Notes: a model not told the origin generated them from the sequence alone. Positions 34,661 through 47,344 are shown, counted from the stretch's first letter. The stretch: DNA of 64,000 nt from Vicugna vicugna (GCA_013265495.1 MU060970.1:10369063-10433062); one strand, 5' to 3'. Program-made: numbers and translations.

Positions 34661-37150
34661 ACCAGCCGGGGGCCAGTGGGCCGTTGTGGCTGGGCCTGGG
34701 GCAGGTGCATTTAAGGCAGGGCTGGCCCTCTGAGTGGTCCCTTGGCCTTGGCCCTGGTTTCCTCCTTCTTGCTCTAAGCCCAGACTCTGAGATTCCCCTG
34801 ATGGCCAGACCCTCAACCCCTCTGGATGCTACACAACAGAAGGGAGGTGTTGGATTGCTCAACTCCTGTCTCAAGGATGCTGGGGTGCTGAGATCCGACT
34901 CCAGAGACTGGAAATTCACCAGCTACTGTGCTAAATGACCTACATCCCAGAATTGCCAGCTCTGTGGCAGCTTCTCTCCCTGGGACATGAGCCTTGGGAC
35001 CGGACAGCATAGCTGGGCTCCGGGCAGACCTCCCAGTGCTATCCTCCCAGGCAAGAGACACAGGACAGGATGTGGAGAGACTCCTCCCAACTGTGGCGGA
35101 CCAGCTCTCCCACCTTGCCTGGGGCTGTGCATCTGTCAGACCCACTCTTTGTAACCCTGGGGCTCTGGGGCTGGGCCTTCCTGGCCCCAGGCCATGGGAG
35201 CCTTCCACAGCTGCCTCCTGCCAGCAAACTCTCTGAGGATCTGTCAACAGGTTAAGCAAATCTGGGGCTCTCACCGCCTGCACTCCGGTCCCCAGAGCCC
35301 ATTGGCCAGAGGCCCCCAAACAGGAAGTACACACTGGGGCACGGTGGTCACTGTGAGCCAACTGGCATCTTGGGCAATGGGAACCAGGCTAGAGGTTGCA
35401 CTACTCACCGCAGATGGGGGTAAGGGCGAGCCAGTGGGGCCTGCTGGGAAGGTAACAGAGAGGGCTCCACCTCCCCTCTTCCATGTAGTCAAGAGAGATG
35501 GTGACCACATAATGTACTGCCTGAACTGTGACACTTTTGAGGAGGAAGAGGGCGTGCTATTAACAACTACGTGGGCAGCAGTGCCAACCCTGTGGATGGA
35601 TTGTAAGGGACTGTTCAATCCCTGCTCTGCTTCCGAGGTGCCTGAGGCCTAGGGAGCCCTCCTCCCCGACCCCCCCCCCACCAGTCTTTAGTCCTCTCCA
35701 TTCAGTCAGTGCTGAGCCTTCACTGCAGAGTGACCCTGTCAGGTGGGAGGAGCCGGCACGTCCATAGAAAGGCTTGTGTCTGCTCTCCTCCCATCTCCTG
35801 CTTCAGGGCATGACCTGGGTTTGTTTTATACGCATATATGAAGGGAGTCCTTTGTGGAATTTTGATTAAAGGTTTTAAAGCACAGAGAGGAGTATCTCTG
35901 TACACTCTGGGGTGAAAACGGGAGGTGGGGCCTGTTGGAGCTGGGCAGGACCCCAGGGCACCGCACTGCGGGGGGCATCTTTTCAACTAGGCGTTTCATC
36001 TGCCAGCTGCCTACGCTGGCTCTGCTGAGCTGGGCCTGGGGCTGACAACCAAGGCCTGCAGCTGAAGCCCAGGAGTCCCCCGGCTGCATGACATTGCTTC
36101 CAAGCTCCCTTCTCAGGCCCAAGGCTGTAGGCCAGTGTGGGCCTCCTGCTGTGCCTGGGGGCCTTGCGGAGAGGGTGAGTGTGGGCCTCTGGCCTCAAGA
36201 CCACACTGACACCTCCAGCGGCCAGAACCCTGAACCCTGGCTCCTGCTTTGTCCCAGGGGGTCCACTCTTCTATTCTCACCCGCTGCCATGGACACTCAG
36301 TGCCAGCTGCCACAGAAAGAGGGTGCTGTTCTCACAGTTTGTGGGGGCCTAGTGGGCAGGGATGGGGAGGGTGACACCTGCTTGGGTCAGGGCCAGGCTC
36401 CACCCAGGCTTGCAGGACATGCCCACAGACCAGACTCTGTCTCCCAGCTCAGAAAGAGTGTTCCTGTGCAATGGGGAGGCTACACTGGCCCAGACCCCAG
36501 CTTCTGACCTCAAGACAGAGACAACTTCTAAGAATCTGGCTGCCATACCCCAGGCCCAGCTGCCTCTGTATAGAGAGAGGGAGGAGGCCCCAGAGCAGAA
36601 AGCCACCACATTTCCTCCCCAGCTTCCTCCTGCATGGCCTCAAGCTCTTGTCTCTGGACCTTTACTAGTGAATGCACCTCGGCTTCGTGGTTTCCTGTTT
36701 TCAGTAAAATTTACTCTGAGCTCCAGGCTCCATCTTTATCCATGACAAAGTGCCCTCCCTGACATGGCAGGGAGAGGCAGGTTGCCAAGGTGTCCCTCCG
36801 TGCTGGCCCTGGGCTGGTAGTGCCTCTGCAGATGTCAGCCCTGGTGGCTGAGCCCTACAGGCCCCAGTTCAGTGCTTGCCGATGGAGGTGCCTGGATCAG
36901 AGGAGAGCAGCAAGTACGTGGTGCTTGCCTCCAGGGGGCTGGGGGGAGCCCCGGGGCCGCTAGCACTTTGGCCTCTGCGCAGGGTGGGACTGAGGCAGGA
37001 CACATGGATCACGGCACCATCTGCAGCCCTGGGAGGGAAATTCGTGCTTTAAAGCACTAAGTCATCGTTAAGAGATGTATCAGGAATTGGGGGACCTGTG
37101 ATATATCTCCCGATGTTCACATTTAATAAAGGCCTCCTGCCTTTATTCCC
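34661..37150 (+). other. VSIR: VSIR 3' UTR (about 2.5 kb if the AATAAA at 37125 is used)
   Basis: Follows the stop codon; ATTAAA at 35865 and the first AATAAA I found at 37125; 3' end position is inferred. Confidence 0.6.
37125..37130 (+). terminator. Probable VSIR polyadenylation signal AATAAA
   Basis: First canonical hexamer I found downstream of the stop codon; no strong GU-rich element follows, which lowers confidence. Confidence 0.6.
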
Positions 37151-39639
37151 ACAAAGGGAGAGGCTAAGAGAATGGAATTGACACTCTCTGAAAACACACC
37201 ACAGAGGCCTGTGGAGATGCTGCTGTTGGATCAGGCTGGCCCTGCCTGGGGGTCTGTGGTGATGGGCACTAGGGCAGGTGTGCAGAAACACTGGGGCCTG
37301 CTTCTCAAAAGACCAGCCCTGGGGCTGCTCTCACTGCTACCTGGCCAGAGCTCCCACCTATACCAGCAGCCTGGGACAGAGGGGCTAGTGCCTCCCCTTC
37401 TTCAGGGTGTGCTCTGTGGCGGGGGAACTGGGAGGACGTGGTGGGGCTGGAGGCTGCAGGGGCCCTGTCACCTTCCACCCCAGCGTGGGCACTGTCACCC
37501 TGCCTCCTGGAAGAGGCCTTCCTGGGTGTCAGCTAGAGCTCTCCAGGGCTGGCCTGACTATGCTGGAGGTTGGGCTAAGATTTGCTCAGGGAACTCAAAG
37601 AGAACAACAGTGGCAGAAAGAGGAACTGGGGTTGCCAGCCAGGATGCTAGGTGCAAAGTCCTCTTGAGAAGCCAGCACTCACACAGCCCACATGAGCGTT
37701 TGCCCCAGCCCACTGAGCGCACTGACCACCTAGCCCCTTCACTGGGCATTCACTGTACCCACTTTGCATGGTCCCTTCTGCATGGACCCTGTGTCTACCT
37801 AACTATTCTGTGGGTTCTGTGGTGGGGGTCCAATAACAACCTGCCCTTTGGACCAGGTTGCAAAGTTGACCACGGATGCACAACACCATGGGTGATGGGT
37901 CAAACTAGGATGCCAGGGTTCTGTTCTCTGGACCACTCACAATCGGCAGGGCCACCTCTGACTTTCAACGAGCTCTAGTTCCCAGCAGCGTTGTCTGGGC
38001 ATGGTGGGATCTCCTCAACAGCAGTAATGCCCTGAGTTCTTGCAGGCCAAGGGGCAGAGGTTTCATTTTGTTTTGCAGTTCTGGTCTATTAGTATATCTC
38101 CCTGGAATGTGTGTTAAGAGGGATTCTGAAGTATCAATATAGCCTAATGAGACAGTGCTGACATCAGCTAGCAATGTCTGTCTTGGGCGTAGGACAGCGA
38201 AGGGCAGTATGTGTTCCACATCTTTGCCTCTTCTATACTCTGTGCTTTCCAAAACACTGTCATGTGTGTTATTACTTCTTTGATCTCCTCCTTCCTGAAA
38301 ATCCTGGGAGGTTATACTGTCTCTATTTAACCTATAGGGAAACAAGTTTGAAAAGGTTTTTATCTTGCCACAAGTGAATGTGGAACTTGGACTAAAGCCT
38401 GGGTCTCCTGCTTCCCAGGCCTGCGCTCCTTCCTCTTCACTGAAGCGAGTGGCATTACAGGCCAGAACTTGGACTTGCTAACAGTACATACCAGGGCCCT
38501 GGGGGATGAACCTGTGCCCACAAGCCCACAAACAGAGGCTCTGCTCCTTCCACATCAGTCTTTTCACTCCCCTTTCTGCCTGGCAGCCCTGAAGCCACAT
38601 GACTCCTGGTGGGCATGGGGGCCCACGTACCCAGCTTGCTTGCAGGAGGGGATGGGGAAGGGAGAAACTTATCTACCCACAGAGCCCCAGGGTCTCTTGG
38701 AGGAACCAAGTCAGTTGCATGTGTAGCATTTGAGCAGCTGCAGAACATTCTCAAGAAGCAGGGCTACTGGAAGGGCCTGAATTTAATCATGCTGGGCCAG
38801 AGAAGGTCGGCTTACTTGGCGTGCAGCACAGGGAGGGGGCCAGGCTGGGGGTTCCTGAGCTGAAGCCAGGGGAAGCAGCCTTCACAAACAGCAGCAGGGT
38901 CCAGCTTTAATCAACATAAGAGCCCTCAGCCCTAAAATTATGAGATGAGCTGCCAAGAGCAGTATCCCCTGCTCACAGACTTTCAGGAGGCTGTTGCTGG
39001 TAACTCTTGTACTGGAAGTGGGTGGTGGGAGATTTTTTGTCTTTCGGCCTGGACAGGTGTCTTCTGCAGAACCCACCAGCCTGAGAATCCAGGGTTGGTG
39101 ATCTGGGCTGTCTAACCTGCTGCCTGTGATTCGTATGGCAGAGAGGCTCCCTTAGGCCCTCCTCCTCCCCATCCCCCTGCAGCTGGGGCTCAGCGCCTGA
39201 CCTCCCAGTTGCCTTCCGTGCTTCCTCCCGGGGCCCAGCCCTTCCTCTTACAGGGCCCTCTCTGCCTGCCACGTAGACCCCTCCCCCAAGCCTGGCCTCC
39301 CTGCCTGAAGCCTGGAGCTAGGCAGAGGGCCGAGGCTGTACAATGACTTCCCCTGCTGGGTGGCACACCATTGTGTGACAGGCCTGGGCTGGCCCAGATG
39401 CCCCTTGCAGCACAGCTGTTCCTAGCTCTGGGTGATAGAGGCTGAGAGCTGGGTGGGGACAGCTCAGGCCGTTTGCAGGAATGTCCGGCTCTCAGGAAAC
39501 TGGGGGGAGGGAGGGAAGCCCAGGGAGAAAAGAAGAGATGGCAGGGCTCAGATACAGGATTTCTCTTGGTTTTGGGGAGACTTGGCAGCGAGTCTCATCC
39601 CTCTGCTTAGAAAGCCTCATCCTTTAAGACATGGATGCA

Positions 39640-39848
39640 AATGCCTTGTCCAGAACCTCCCCTGGCTCCTGGCTCTGAGCTCCTAGCACATTGCAGAGTG
39701 TCACCTCTCTATTAAGTGTCCATTTCCCCACTAACCATAGGCACCTTGAGGGCAGAACTGTATCCAACTCATCTCTGACTTCCTAGCCTCTAGCACAGGT
39801 CTGGTGCATATTTAGTGTTGAATGAATGAATGAGTGAATGAGTGAATG
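39640..39848 (+). mobile_element. LINE-2 3' end with (TGAA)n tail
   Basis: cttgagggcagaactgtatc...ctagcacaggtctggtgcatatttagtgttgaatgaatgaatgagtgaatga. Confidence 0.75.
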
Positions 39849-40434
39849 ACTCTTACTTGCCCTTGTCCTACAGGAAGTTTGGTCCTGCGCTGGTGAGGGC
39901 TGGCTTGAACCAGGTGGATAACTGTAGGTGTAGGTCTGCTAGGTATCTCTAGACAGATGTATACACCCCTCTTAGACCATGGGGACCTCTCCTGGAACCT
40001 CAGGGTGGCTGGTCTGATGCTTCTTGGGGCTTCGGCTGGAAGGGGCTGGAATGGTCCTACTTCCTCAAACACTCATCCGGTGAAATCTGCCCAATAGCAG
40101 AGAAGGCCCCTCCTGTGGTCACCTTTGGCTTGAGGGCACACATGACCCTAGGCGGGTTCACTGTTTAGAGGTGACAGTCTGGTCAGTGGAAGCAAATCTT
40201 CAGAGTGGAGGGCCCTTGCTTGCTAGCTTCTGCCCCATCCCTACTCTGGCTTAGCTGGGCTGGGAGGGAGTAGAAGGGGTGCTTGAGAAAGGACTCACCC
40301 TTGGGATCTGCCCCAGACAGCATGTCGTGGGGAGGATACGTAGACAGATAGCCCTGCTCTGAGCCCCGAATGCTGCCATGGGTCTGGACCACCTGTGGCT
40401 CCCTGGACCCACCCTGGATTATAACTTGCCCTTA

Positions 40435-40740
40435 GGCCTTTGTTCAGGCTCATGCCTGGATCCAGACCATGCTTTTCCCTTTGCTACGCTAACTGTGACT
40501 GACTGACAATACAGCCCAGGTGTCACCTGCCCCAGGAAGCCTTCCCCAAGGCCTTCTCAGTGCCCCATCCACACCTTGGCCCCGCACATGGATGTCCTCA
40601 TGGCCTTCCTTATCAACTGCACTTCAATTCATGGCAGGGCCCACACAGACTCCTTCATCTGTGTCTCTGGGTTCTGGCACACAGTGGGCATTCAGGGAAC
40701 ACTGGCTGAATGAATGAATGAAAAAACGAATAAACGAACA
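40435..40740 (+). mobile_element. LINE-2 3' end with (TGAA)n tail
   Basis: ctggcacacagtgggcattcagggaacactggctgaatgaatgaatgaa. Confidence 0.75.
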
Positions 40741-41564
40741 AATACAGTCCAGTGTTACCTTCAGAACAATGCTCCTGTGGTCACTGTAGTTCTTCACTCT
40801 GGTGTCCCTAACAAAAATTAAATGAAAGCGATATTTTCCCCCAACCTGAAGAAGCAGGAAAAAAATGGAAGGGATAGATTCTTTTTGACTGAAAATTTTT
40901 CTCCTATAAATGTTTTGCCAGCTGGTACCTGACACTGTTTGTCTGTACTATGGTATTCCAGCCCAGGAGCCATATGCATAATCCCCCAGTAATGGCCTCA
41001 GAGAACCTCATCCCTGATCCTGGTCATGAAGGTGTTTTCTGGTAGAAGAATTGGTGATGACCAGGATGAGAAAGGAAGACAAAAGGAGACTGCATTTCTT
41101 ACCACCCAACTTCCCACATCCCTACCAGGGAGCTGGTACAGGCCAAGACCTGCCTCCAGGAGGGCCAGAATGTCAGGGGCCCACATGTGAGGAGGCAGTG
41201 CTCATGGGTCTCCACCAGTCTAGGCTGGATCCCTACAGAGGGTTGGGTCTATAGATGAAAATTCTTTCTAGCCATAGGGACCCATCCCAAGTTCTGCAGG
41301 GACTGCTTGGGGAGTGGCCCACCCATTGTGGGTGGTTAAATGTGGCTAGGGTGATTTCACATTTCTCTAATTCTTGTTTCTTCTGGAAGCCAAAAGGAAG
41401 CCAGATGTTGCCTCCAAAACTCAGAATCTTAGAATATTATGGGTCTCACCAACTGCCTCTTTAGGAAACTCTAGGACTTCAGGGTGTGGGGAAGGGTGGG
41501 GAGTGGGGTGAGAGTAGTGTGTTCACTGGCCTAGGTCAGGATGAGGAAGAGCAGCATGGCAAAT

Positions 41565-42060
41565 GCTATCAGTCATGCACCCAAAATCTATTCTCCACTT
41601 CTTCCTCACTAGCAGAGCTCTGATTTTGTTTGAGACAGTGATATATCTGGTCCCCAAATAATAAGCCAATTCTGACAATCCTGTCCCTCATTTTTTTTCC
41701 AAACTCCTTTGTTCCAGAGTACCCATGTGAACCTCTTCTGGCCAATGAGGCACAATCAGAACTCTGGAGAATAGTTCTAGAAAACTTTTTACTTTCCTGA
41801 TAAAAGGGCAGAAGTGGCATGCATTGCTCTTTGTTTTCTTGTCATTTCCTGCCTTAAATGCCAACATGATGGCTGGAGCTACAGCAGCCATCTTGCAACC
41901 ATGAGGGAAAGGCCAAGAAACATTAGCTCTGACATCACTGAGTGTGAAATTAGCATTTGTAATTCTGTGGAACTCTTGTTATGTGAGAAAAATGCATTCT
42001 AATTTATTTATGTCTTCATAGTTAAGTTTTTTATTTGTAGCCAAACACATCTATAAATGC
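41565..42060 (+). mobile_element. MaLR LTR (old MLT1J/K/L-like)
   Basis: aaatctattctccacttcttcc, tgatggctggagctacagcagccatcttgcaaccatgaggga, cttgttatgtgagaaaaa. Confidence 0.8.
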
Positions 42061-42419
42061 TATTGGGGAGCTGACCAAGAAGATGATTCACCCTGAAGCT
42101 AGGTGCAGGTAGGGAGGGGTTATGTCACAACTGAGTCCCTCCATGTCAGCACAATAAATGATACCCCCCTGCCTGTCCTCCCCTGTTAGTGTGTCTCTGG
42201 CCCACTTGTGTGATTGGCTGAAGTGACAGTATTATCCTGGGCTCTTTAGAATGTGGGTCCACCATCCTCCCCAGAGACACACTAGATAAAGAGCCCAGCT
42301 CAGACCTGCTCCGACCGCACAGTCCACAGTACCATTGTCAAAAGAGAGGGGTCCAACAGAATCACATTTTGGGGACAGAGGGACAGAGTTGAGGCCTCAT
42401 TTACCATCAGGGGCCCTAG

Positions 42420-42939
42420 GGCAGACAGATTACAAAAATGTCCCCAATCCTCACACCTCCCTATATGTACACTCTGCAATGTAACTTTGTAGTTCAGTCC
42501 TTCAAAAGATAGAGTTTATTCCCCTACGTCTCCAACCTGGGCTGGCCTTGTGACTTGCTTTGGCAAACAGAATGTGGCAGAAGTAACCTTGTTCTGGGCC
42601 CAAGCCTGGGCCTCAAGAGGCCTTGCCTGCTCCTGCTGTCTCTCCTGGACCCTTTCTGGCTCCATATGAACCAGCACTGGCTAGCCTTCTGGGATAGGAG
42701 AGGTGGCCCAGTTGCCCTATCATTCTAGCTGACAGGCAGCTGACCCCCAGAAGAACAGCCAGCCAACCAACACATAGCTACCCACACGTGTGGGAGCCCA
42801 GTGGACAGCAGAAGAACCGCTCAGCTAAGCCAGGTCCCTACTGCCAGCCTGCAGAATTGGAGCTAAGTCAACAGCTGTTTTAGGTCTCTCTGGTCAGTTT
42901 GGTTTGTAAAGCAGGATTATGGTGGTGATAGCTGATACA
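42420..42939 (+). mobile_element. MaLR LTR (MLT1F/G/H-like)
   Basis: ggcagacagattacaaaaatg...gggctggccttgtgacttgctttggcaaacagaatgtggcagaagt...gatagctgataca. Confidence 0.85.
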
Positions 42940-43694
42940 GTCCTCCTCCTCATGGATAACCAAGCGCTTCCACAGACGTGAGCTAATTCAATTCCCCAAG
43001 CACCACCTCTGCAGGAGATCTTATCTCTCTTTTATAGATGACAACGCCAGTATTTGGAAAGGTTCTGACTTGCTCGTGATCACGCAGTCAGCTCACAGTA
43101 GAAATCATCCCACCTCAGCCCATCGCCCCAAATGACGTCACCATCCAGCCCCGCAGGCCCTATCTCCTTGTCCAACCTTACAGACCTTGCACATTGCTTT
43201 GGGCAGTGGCCTCACCCACGCAAGCATCAGACTGGACCACAGACATCAGCCCCTGCCAACCCTGACATGTTACCACAGAGCATCACACCGATACGATGTA
43301 GGGGAAGAGGCCAGAGGGCACCTTCTCCCATTTGGAACAGACAAACCACCATGTGGGTTAGCGCGGCTCCACAGGTACACAGCTTGGCAAGTGGAGTGAG
43401 GGTTGGCCAGACCCCAAGGCACAGACTCAATCTGGACCATCCTACAGAGCTGCCCTGGGTGAGCACAGAGGCCAAAATAGACTCTGAGTGGCCACAGAGG
43501 CAGATGAACCAACACCCTAGCTTGGCACACACCAGCCCCCCATAAATACGCATAACTGATGGACTCGAGGTGCAACAAAGTCGTCGAGGACTCACTCATG
43601 CATGGCATTCCATTCCCATCCATCCTGTCCCCTCACATAGAAGGTGGAGCTGCCCTCCTCCACCTCCCCTCCCTGTGGCCACCCCATCACTCAC

Positions 43695-43922
43695 CGACAG
43701 GGTAGGGGTGCCCTCATCCTCCACGGTGACTAGCAGGTGGTAGAAGCTCTGCCGCTCGCGGTCGGGCGGGGCAGGCCGCGTGGTGATCTCACCGCTGATG
43801 CGGTCCATGCGAAAGGTCATGTCCTTGTTGCCCTCGGTAATGTAGTAGGACAGGACGCTGTTGATTCCAATGTCACGGTCGGTGGCTCTCACCTGGACCA
43901 CGGTGGTACCCCCACCCACGTT
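43695..43922 (-). CDS. CDH23: CDH23 exon 38 equivalent, NVGGGTTVVQVRATDRDIG...PDRERQSFYHLLVTVEDEGTPTLS, 228 nt
   Basis: cctcag|AACGTG...CTGTCG|gtgagt; within ORF 43596..43949; last exon before the VSIR-containing intron. Confidence 0.98.
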
Positions 43923-44039
43923 CTGAGGGGAGAGCAGAAAGGCGGTCATTCCGGATTCAAGGCCTTTAGGGCAAAATCTAGCACCTGCTCTTGAGTGCCC
44001 AAGGGTTGCACCTGCCTCTGGAAAGCTCTGCTCTATCCT

Positions 44040-44230
44040 GGGTCCATGATAAGGAAGATAAAGATCATTGTGGTGAACATTCTGTGGGCACCGTGTCCAA
44101 GTTAACTCATCAAATCCTCTCTATAACCCTACAGATTAGGTCCTCTCCATTTACAGATGAGAAAACTGACCTGCAGGGGAGGAACGTGTGTGAGTCACAC
44201 AGCAGAGCCACGGTGTGAATCCAGGGAGGC
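44040..44230 (-). mobile_element. MIR
   Basis: ctccatttacagatgagaaaactga...tgagtcacacagc. Confidence 0.7.
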
Positions 44231-44561
44231 CTCTACAGCCCTGTGTCAACCTGCCTTCATGAACGTCCAGCCCAGAGTGATACCCAGCAGGGTCTGGACA
44301 AAAATTCTACCAGAGTGACTCGATCTTAGGACTGAAAAATGCGTGAGCTATTTTATTTAAAAGCAGCTCTCTCAGGGTAAACAGGTCCCTGTTGGTGGTG
44401 AAAGGCTACTTTCTTTATCCCCTCTCCTTTCCTCTCCTCTTCATCCGAACCATGAAGAGCTTTCCTCTGTAGGCAGACCTTCAAACGGGTGCTTCATGGT
44501 CAGCTCACACCCACTGTCCACCCTGGATGTTCAGCTGTATGGGCGCCAGAGCTGCCCTCAC

Positions 44562-44690
44562 CTCATTGACACTGACGTTGTATCCAAAGGCGCTCTCGAT
44601 CACTGGAGGGTTGTCATTGACGTCTAGGATGGTCACTTGCAGGATGTGGTCCTTCTTCCGTGGAGGGGTGCCACGGTCAGATGCCACAAC
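44562..44690 (-). CDS. CDH23: CDH23 exon 37 equivalent, VVASDRGTPPRKKDHILQVTILDVNDNPPVIESAFGYNVSVNE, 129 nt
   Basis: tcacag|GTTGTG...AATGAG|gtgagg; within ORF 44505..44804. Confidence 0.97.
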
Positions 44691-45642
44691 CTGTGAGGAG
44701 GGGATGACTGGAATCAGGGCTAAGGGTGAGGGGGGGATCAGGAATATGGAGTCCGAATGTGCTGTCTGCTCAGTGTGGAGGAAAGAGAGGGCAGAGGGAC
44801 TCACTGGCCCATCCCTGCCCCCTCGGTGGCCGCTAGCCTTGAGCCCTCCCCAAGGCTTTCAACATTTGTCCTACGCTGCAAACCACTGTTGCCCAATTTT
44901 CATCTGACTGGGGACCCTCCTTTGCAATCTAACTCCGATATGCCCAGTTTTTACCTCCTGACTATGACCTTGGGGGCCTGCAACCAGACCCAGGGCTCCT
45001 GCCTGTAGCTTCAAAGCCTCTGTTCCATGTCCTCAGATCTGGTCTCTGACAAACAGAGAAACAGTCTCAAATAATATTTTCAGTAATGATCTAGAGTCCT
45101 AGCATAGCCTGAGTCTGTCCTTAGGAGACTTGCTGGTTCCCAGATGCCTGCAAGACAGCAGAAAGTGCTTGAGAGCTCAGACTCCTGCAGAAGCATGGCC
45201 CTGGGGACCCCAGAGACTCCTTAGGAAACATGGCAGCCACAGCAACTCAGCAGTAATGGTGGCCTTCATGATTCCTTACTTGTACGTATTTCTCACCTCA
45301 GCAGAGATTTTCCTGCCCCATGCATGGTGTGGGGGAAACTAAGGCCCAGGGTAAACAACTTGCTCAAGGTCACACAGTGTCTGTGTGCAACAGCCAGGGC
45401 TCTTATCAGCTGGCAGTCTTTCTCTCCTCGCTCTTATAGCAGAGACAGATACCTCCCGTGTTTCCTGCCCTGGGTCCAGAGACCCCTCCTCCCAGGATGC
45501 CCTTTCCCAGGTCAACCTCACTCATGCTCTTGGCCCTTAGGAGTGCTGTCTGCCCCACGGCCCTTGGTGTCAGCAGCAAGCTGACTGCCCGGGTGTGCTG
45601 ATAGGCTGAGTTGTCTCTAGATGGAGGGGGGCTGGTTCCCAC

Positions 45643-45771
45643 CTTGAGGATATAGTGGTCCAGCTCTTCTCTGTCCAGCAGTCTGGCCACAAACACTTCA
45701 CCAATGGAGTCATTGGTGGTGATGATCTCAAAGGCCCCAGCGATGTTGCCAGAAGCCAGGGAGAAGACCAC
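45643..45771 (-). CDS. CDH23: CDH23 exon 36 equivalent, VVFSLASGNIAGAFEIITTNDSIGEVFVARLLDREELDHYILK, 129 nt
   Basis: ggacag|GTGGTC...CTCAAG|gtggga; within ORF 45406..45861. Confidence 0.97.
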
Positions 45772-46847
45772 CTGTCCGGGGGAAAGAGCGTGCCGAGTGA
45801 GGAAGTGTAGAGGACAGGACAAGGGGCGCTCCTCTGCCCACCTGGGCCTTCTGCTCAGCAAAGGTGTCTGAGAAGAATGTGTTTTAGGCAGAAGTGGTTA
45901 CAACCCTCAAAATGGGGGTAGTGGGTCCACTGAGGTGATGCAGGGTCTGTGACAGGCTCCTGGGTGGTGGGGGGATGTGAGCATACTGGCCTAGGGCCAG
46001 GAGGGCGGGTGAGTCCCAACACATGAAGTTTCCCAGGGCCAGGGGCGGGGAAGCACTGAACCCCCCAGCAAAGGAGCAGGCTTGGCCCTGCTGTTACAAG
46101 GACTCTATTGGGCTCTCCCAACAACCCCGTCACAGGGAGCCACTCTCTTCAGCTCAGAGAGGAGGCTGCGGACAGCGAAACCACTGGCGAGGTTACACAG
46201 CTTGTAAGTGCCCAGGAGAACAAGGATTTCAACCCACAGGCTTCTGACTCCAGAGCCAGCATCCCTCAGCTCCCTAGAGGTGTGCAAACATTTAAATAAA
46301 GGTAGAAACCTCCTCACACACAACCCAATTTGTAGCCTAGGTCAAAGTGGTGTGAAGACTGAAACATCTGTCACTCCTCTTCCTCGTGCTCGGGGGGAGG
46401 CCCAAACCTGCAGGGTTGGGGAGCACTTCCTGCTGTGGGACAGGTAGAGAGCCTGAGAAGCAGGGGTGCAGAGGAGCGTGGGGAGGGCTGCCCAAGGATG
46501 GCACAGAAGGTGAGATGCTGTGTGGTTTGTGGATGAGGTGACCCAGGATTCACTGGGAAAGCTAAACCCCCACTGGGTTCAGCTCGCTGTGGGGAATGAC
46601 TCTGGCCAGCCTTCAGCTCTGTGCTCCCTGGACCCAGGCAGGGCTGACAGCTTGAACAGCTCTGCCTCCTTTCCCAGACCACAGACTGTGGTGAGGGCCA
46701 GGCTCTCCTGCTCAGGACCAGGCAGAGCCTGGGGGACCCTGCTTCCTGCTTAGTGACAGGGATGGCTTGGGAGGCCCCCTCCAGCTGAGGGGCTGAGGGA
46801 ATCCCCTCCTGACAGGCCAGTTTTGGATTATTTCACCTGGTGCCCAC

Positions 46848-46997
46848 CTGCCCATTGCTGCCAGCGTCGGGGTCCCGGGCCTTGACGGTGGCCACGTGCT
46901 GGCCCACAGGGTAGTCCTCGGGCACACTGACCGCTGAGTCAGAGGTGAAGTCGAACCGGGGACTATTGTCATTCTCGTCCAGGACAGTGATGTAGAC
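46848..46997 (-). CDS. CDH23: CDH23 exon 35 equivalent, VYITVLDENDNSPRFDFTSDSAVSVPEDYPVGQHVATVKARDPDAGSNGQ, 150 nt
   Basis: ccccag|GTCTAC...GGGCAG|gtgggc; DENDN, PED and DPD motifs; missed by the ORF track in this frame. Confidence 0.97.
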
Positions 46998-47344
46998 CTG
47001 GGGATGAACACAGCCAGAGAACTCCCACCTCCTTCCCCTCCCTGGCCCCAGTCACAGGGTCTCACCATGGGCCCGGTGGAGACCAGACCTCCAGTCCATT
47101 CCAGAAGGTCAGCAAGCTTTCAGAGCCCACCTAGGCCAATCCTGATTTTACTCGGAGGCCCGAACACATTACTTCTGGGAGTCTAGTCGGGGAGGGCTGC
47201 ACACACTCAAATGCTGGGGGGCTGAGGAGGGGTGACTCAGAGGTGGTAGGGACTTGGAGAACCAGAAGGCACGGGCCCTGGCTAAAGGGAACAGAGGCTA
47301 CTCAGCTCCAAACTGGGGAGGGAGTGCCAGCATGGCATTGGCAT

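Noticed and set aside
37172-37978. Longest ORF in the track (268 aa, plus strand) just after the VSIR poly(A) signal
   Set aside because: No recognisable domain; composition rich in G/P/L/W typical of chance ORFs in GC-rich intron; no splice or promoter support.
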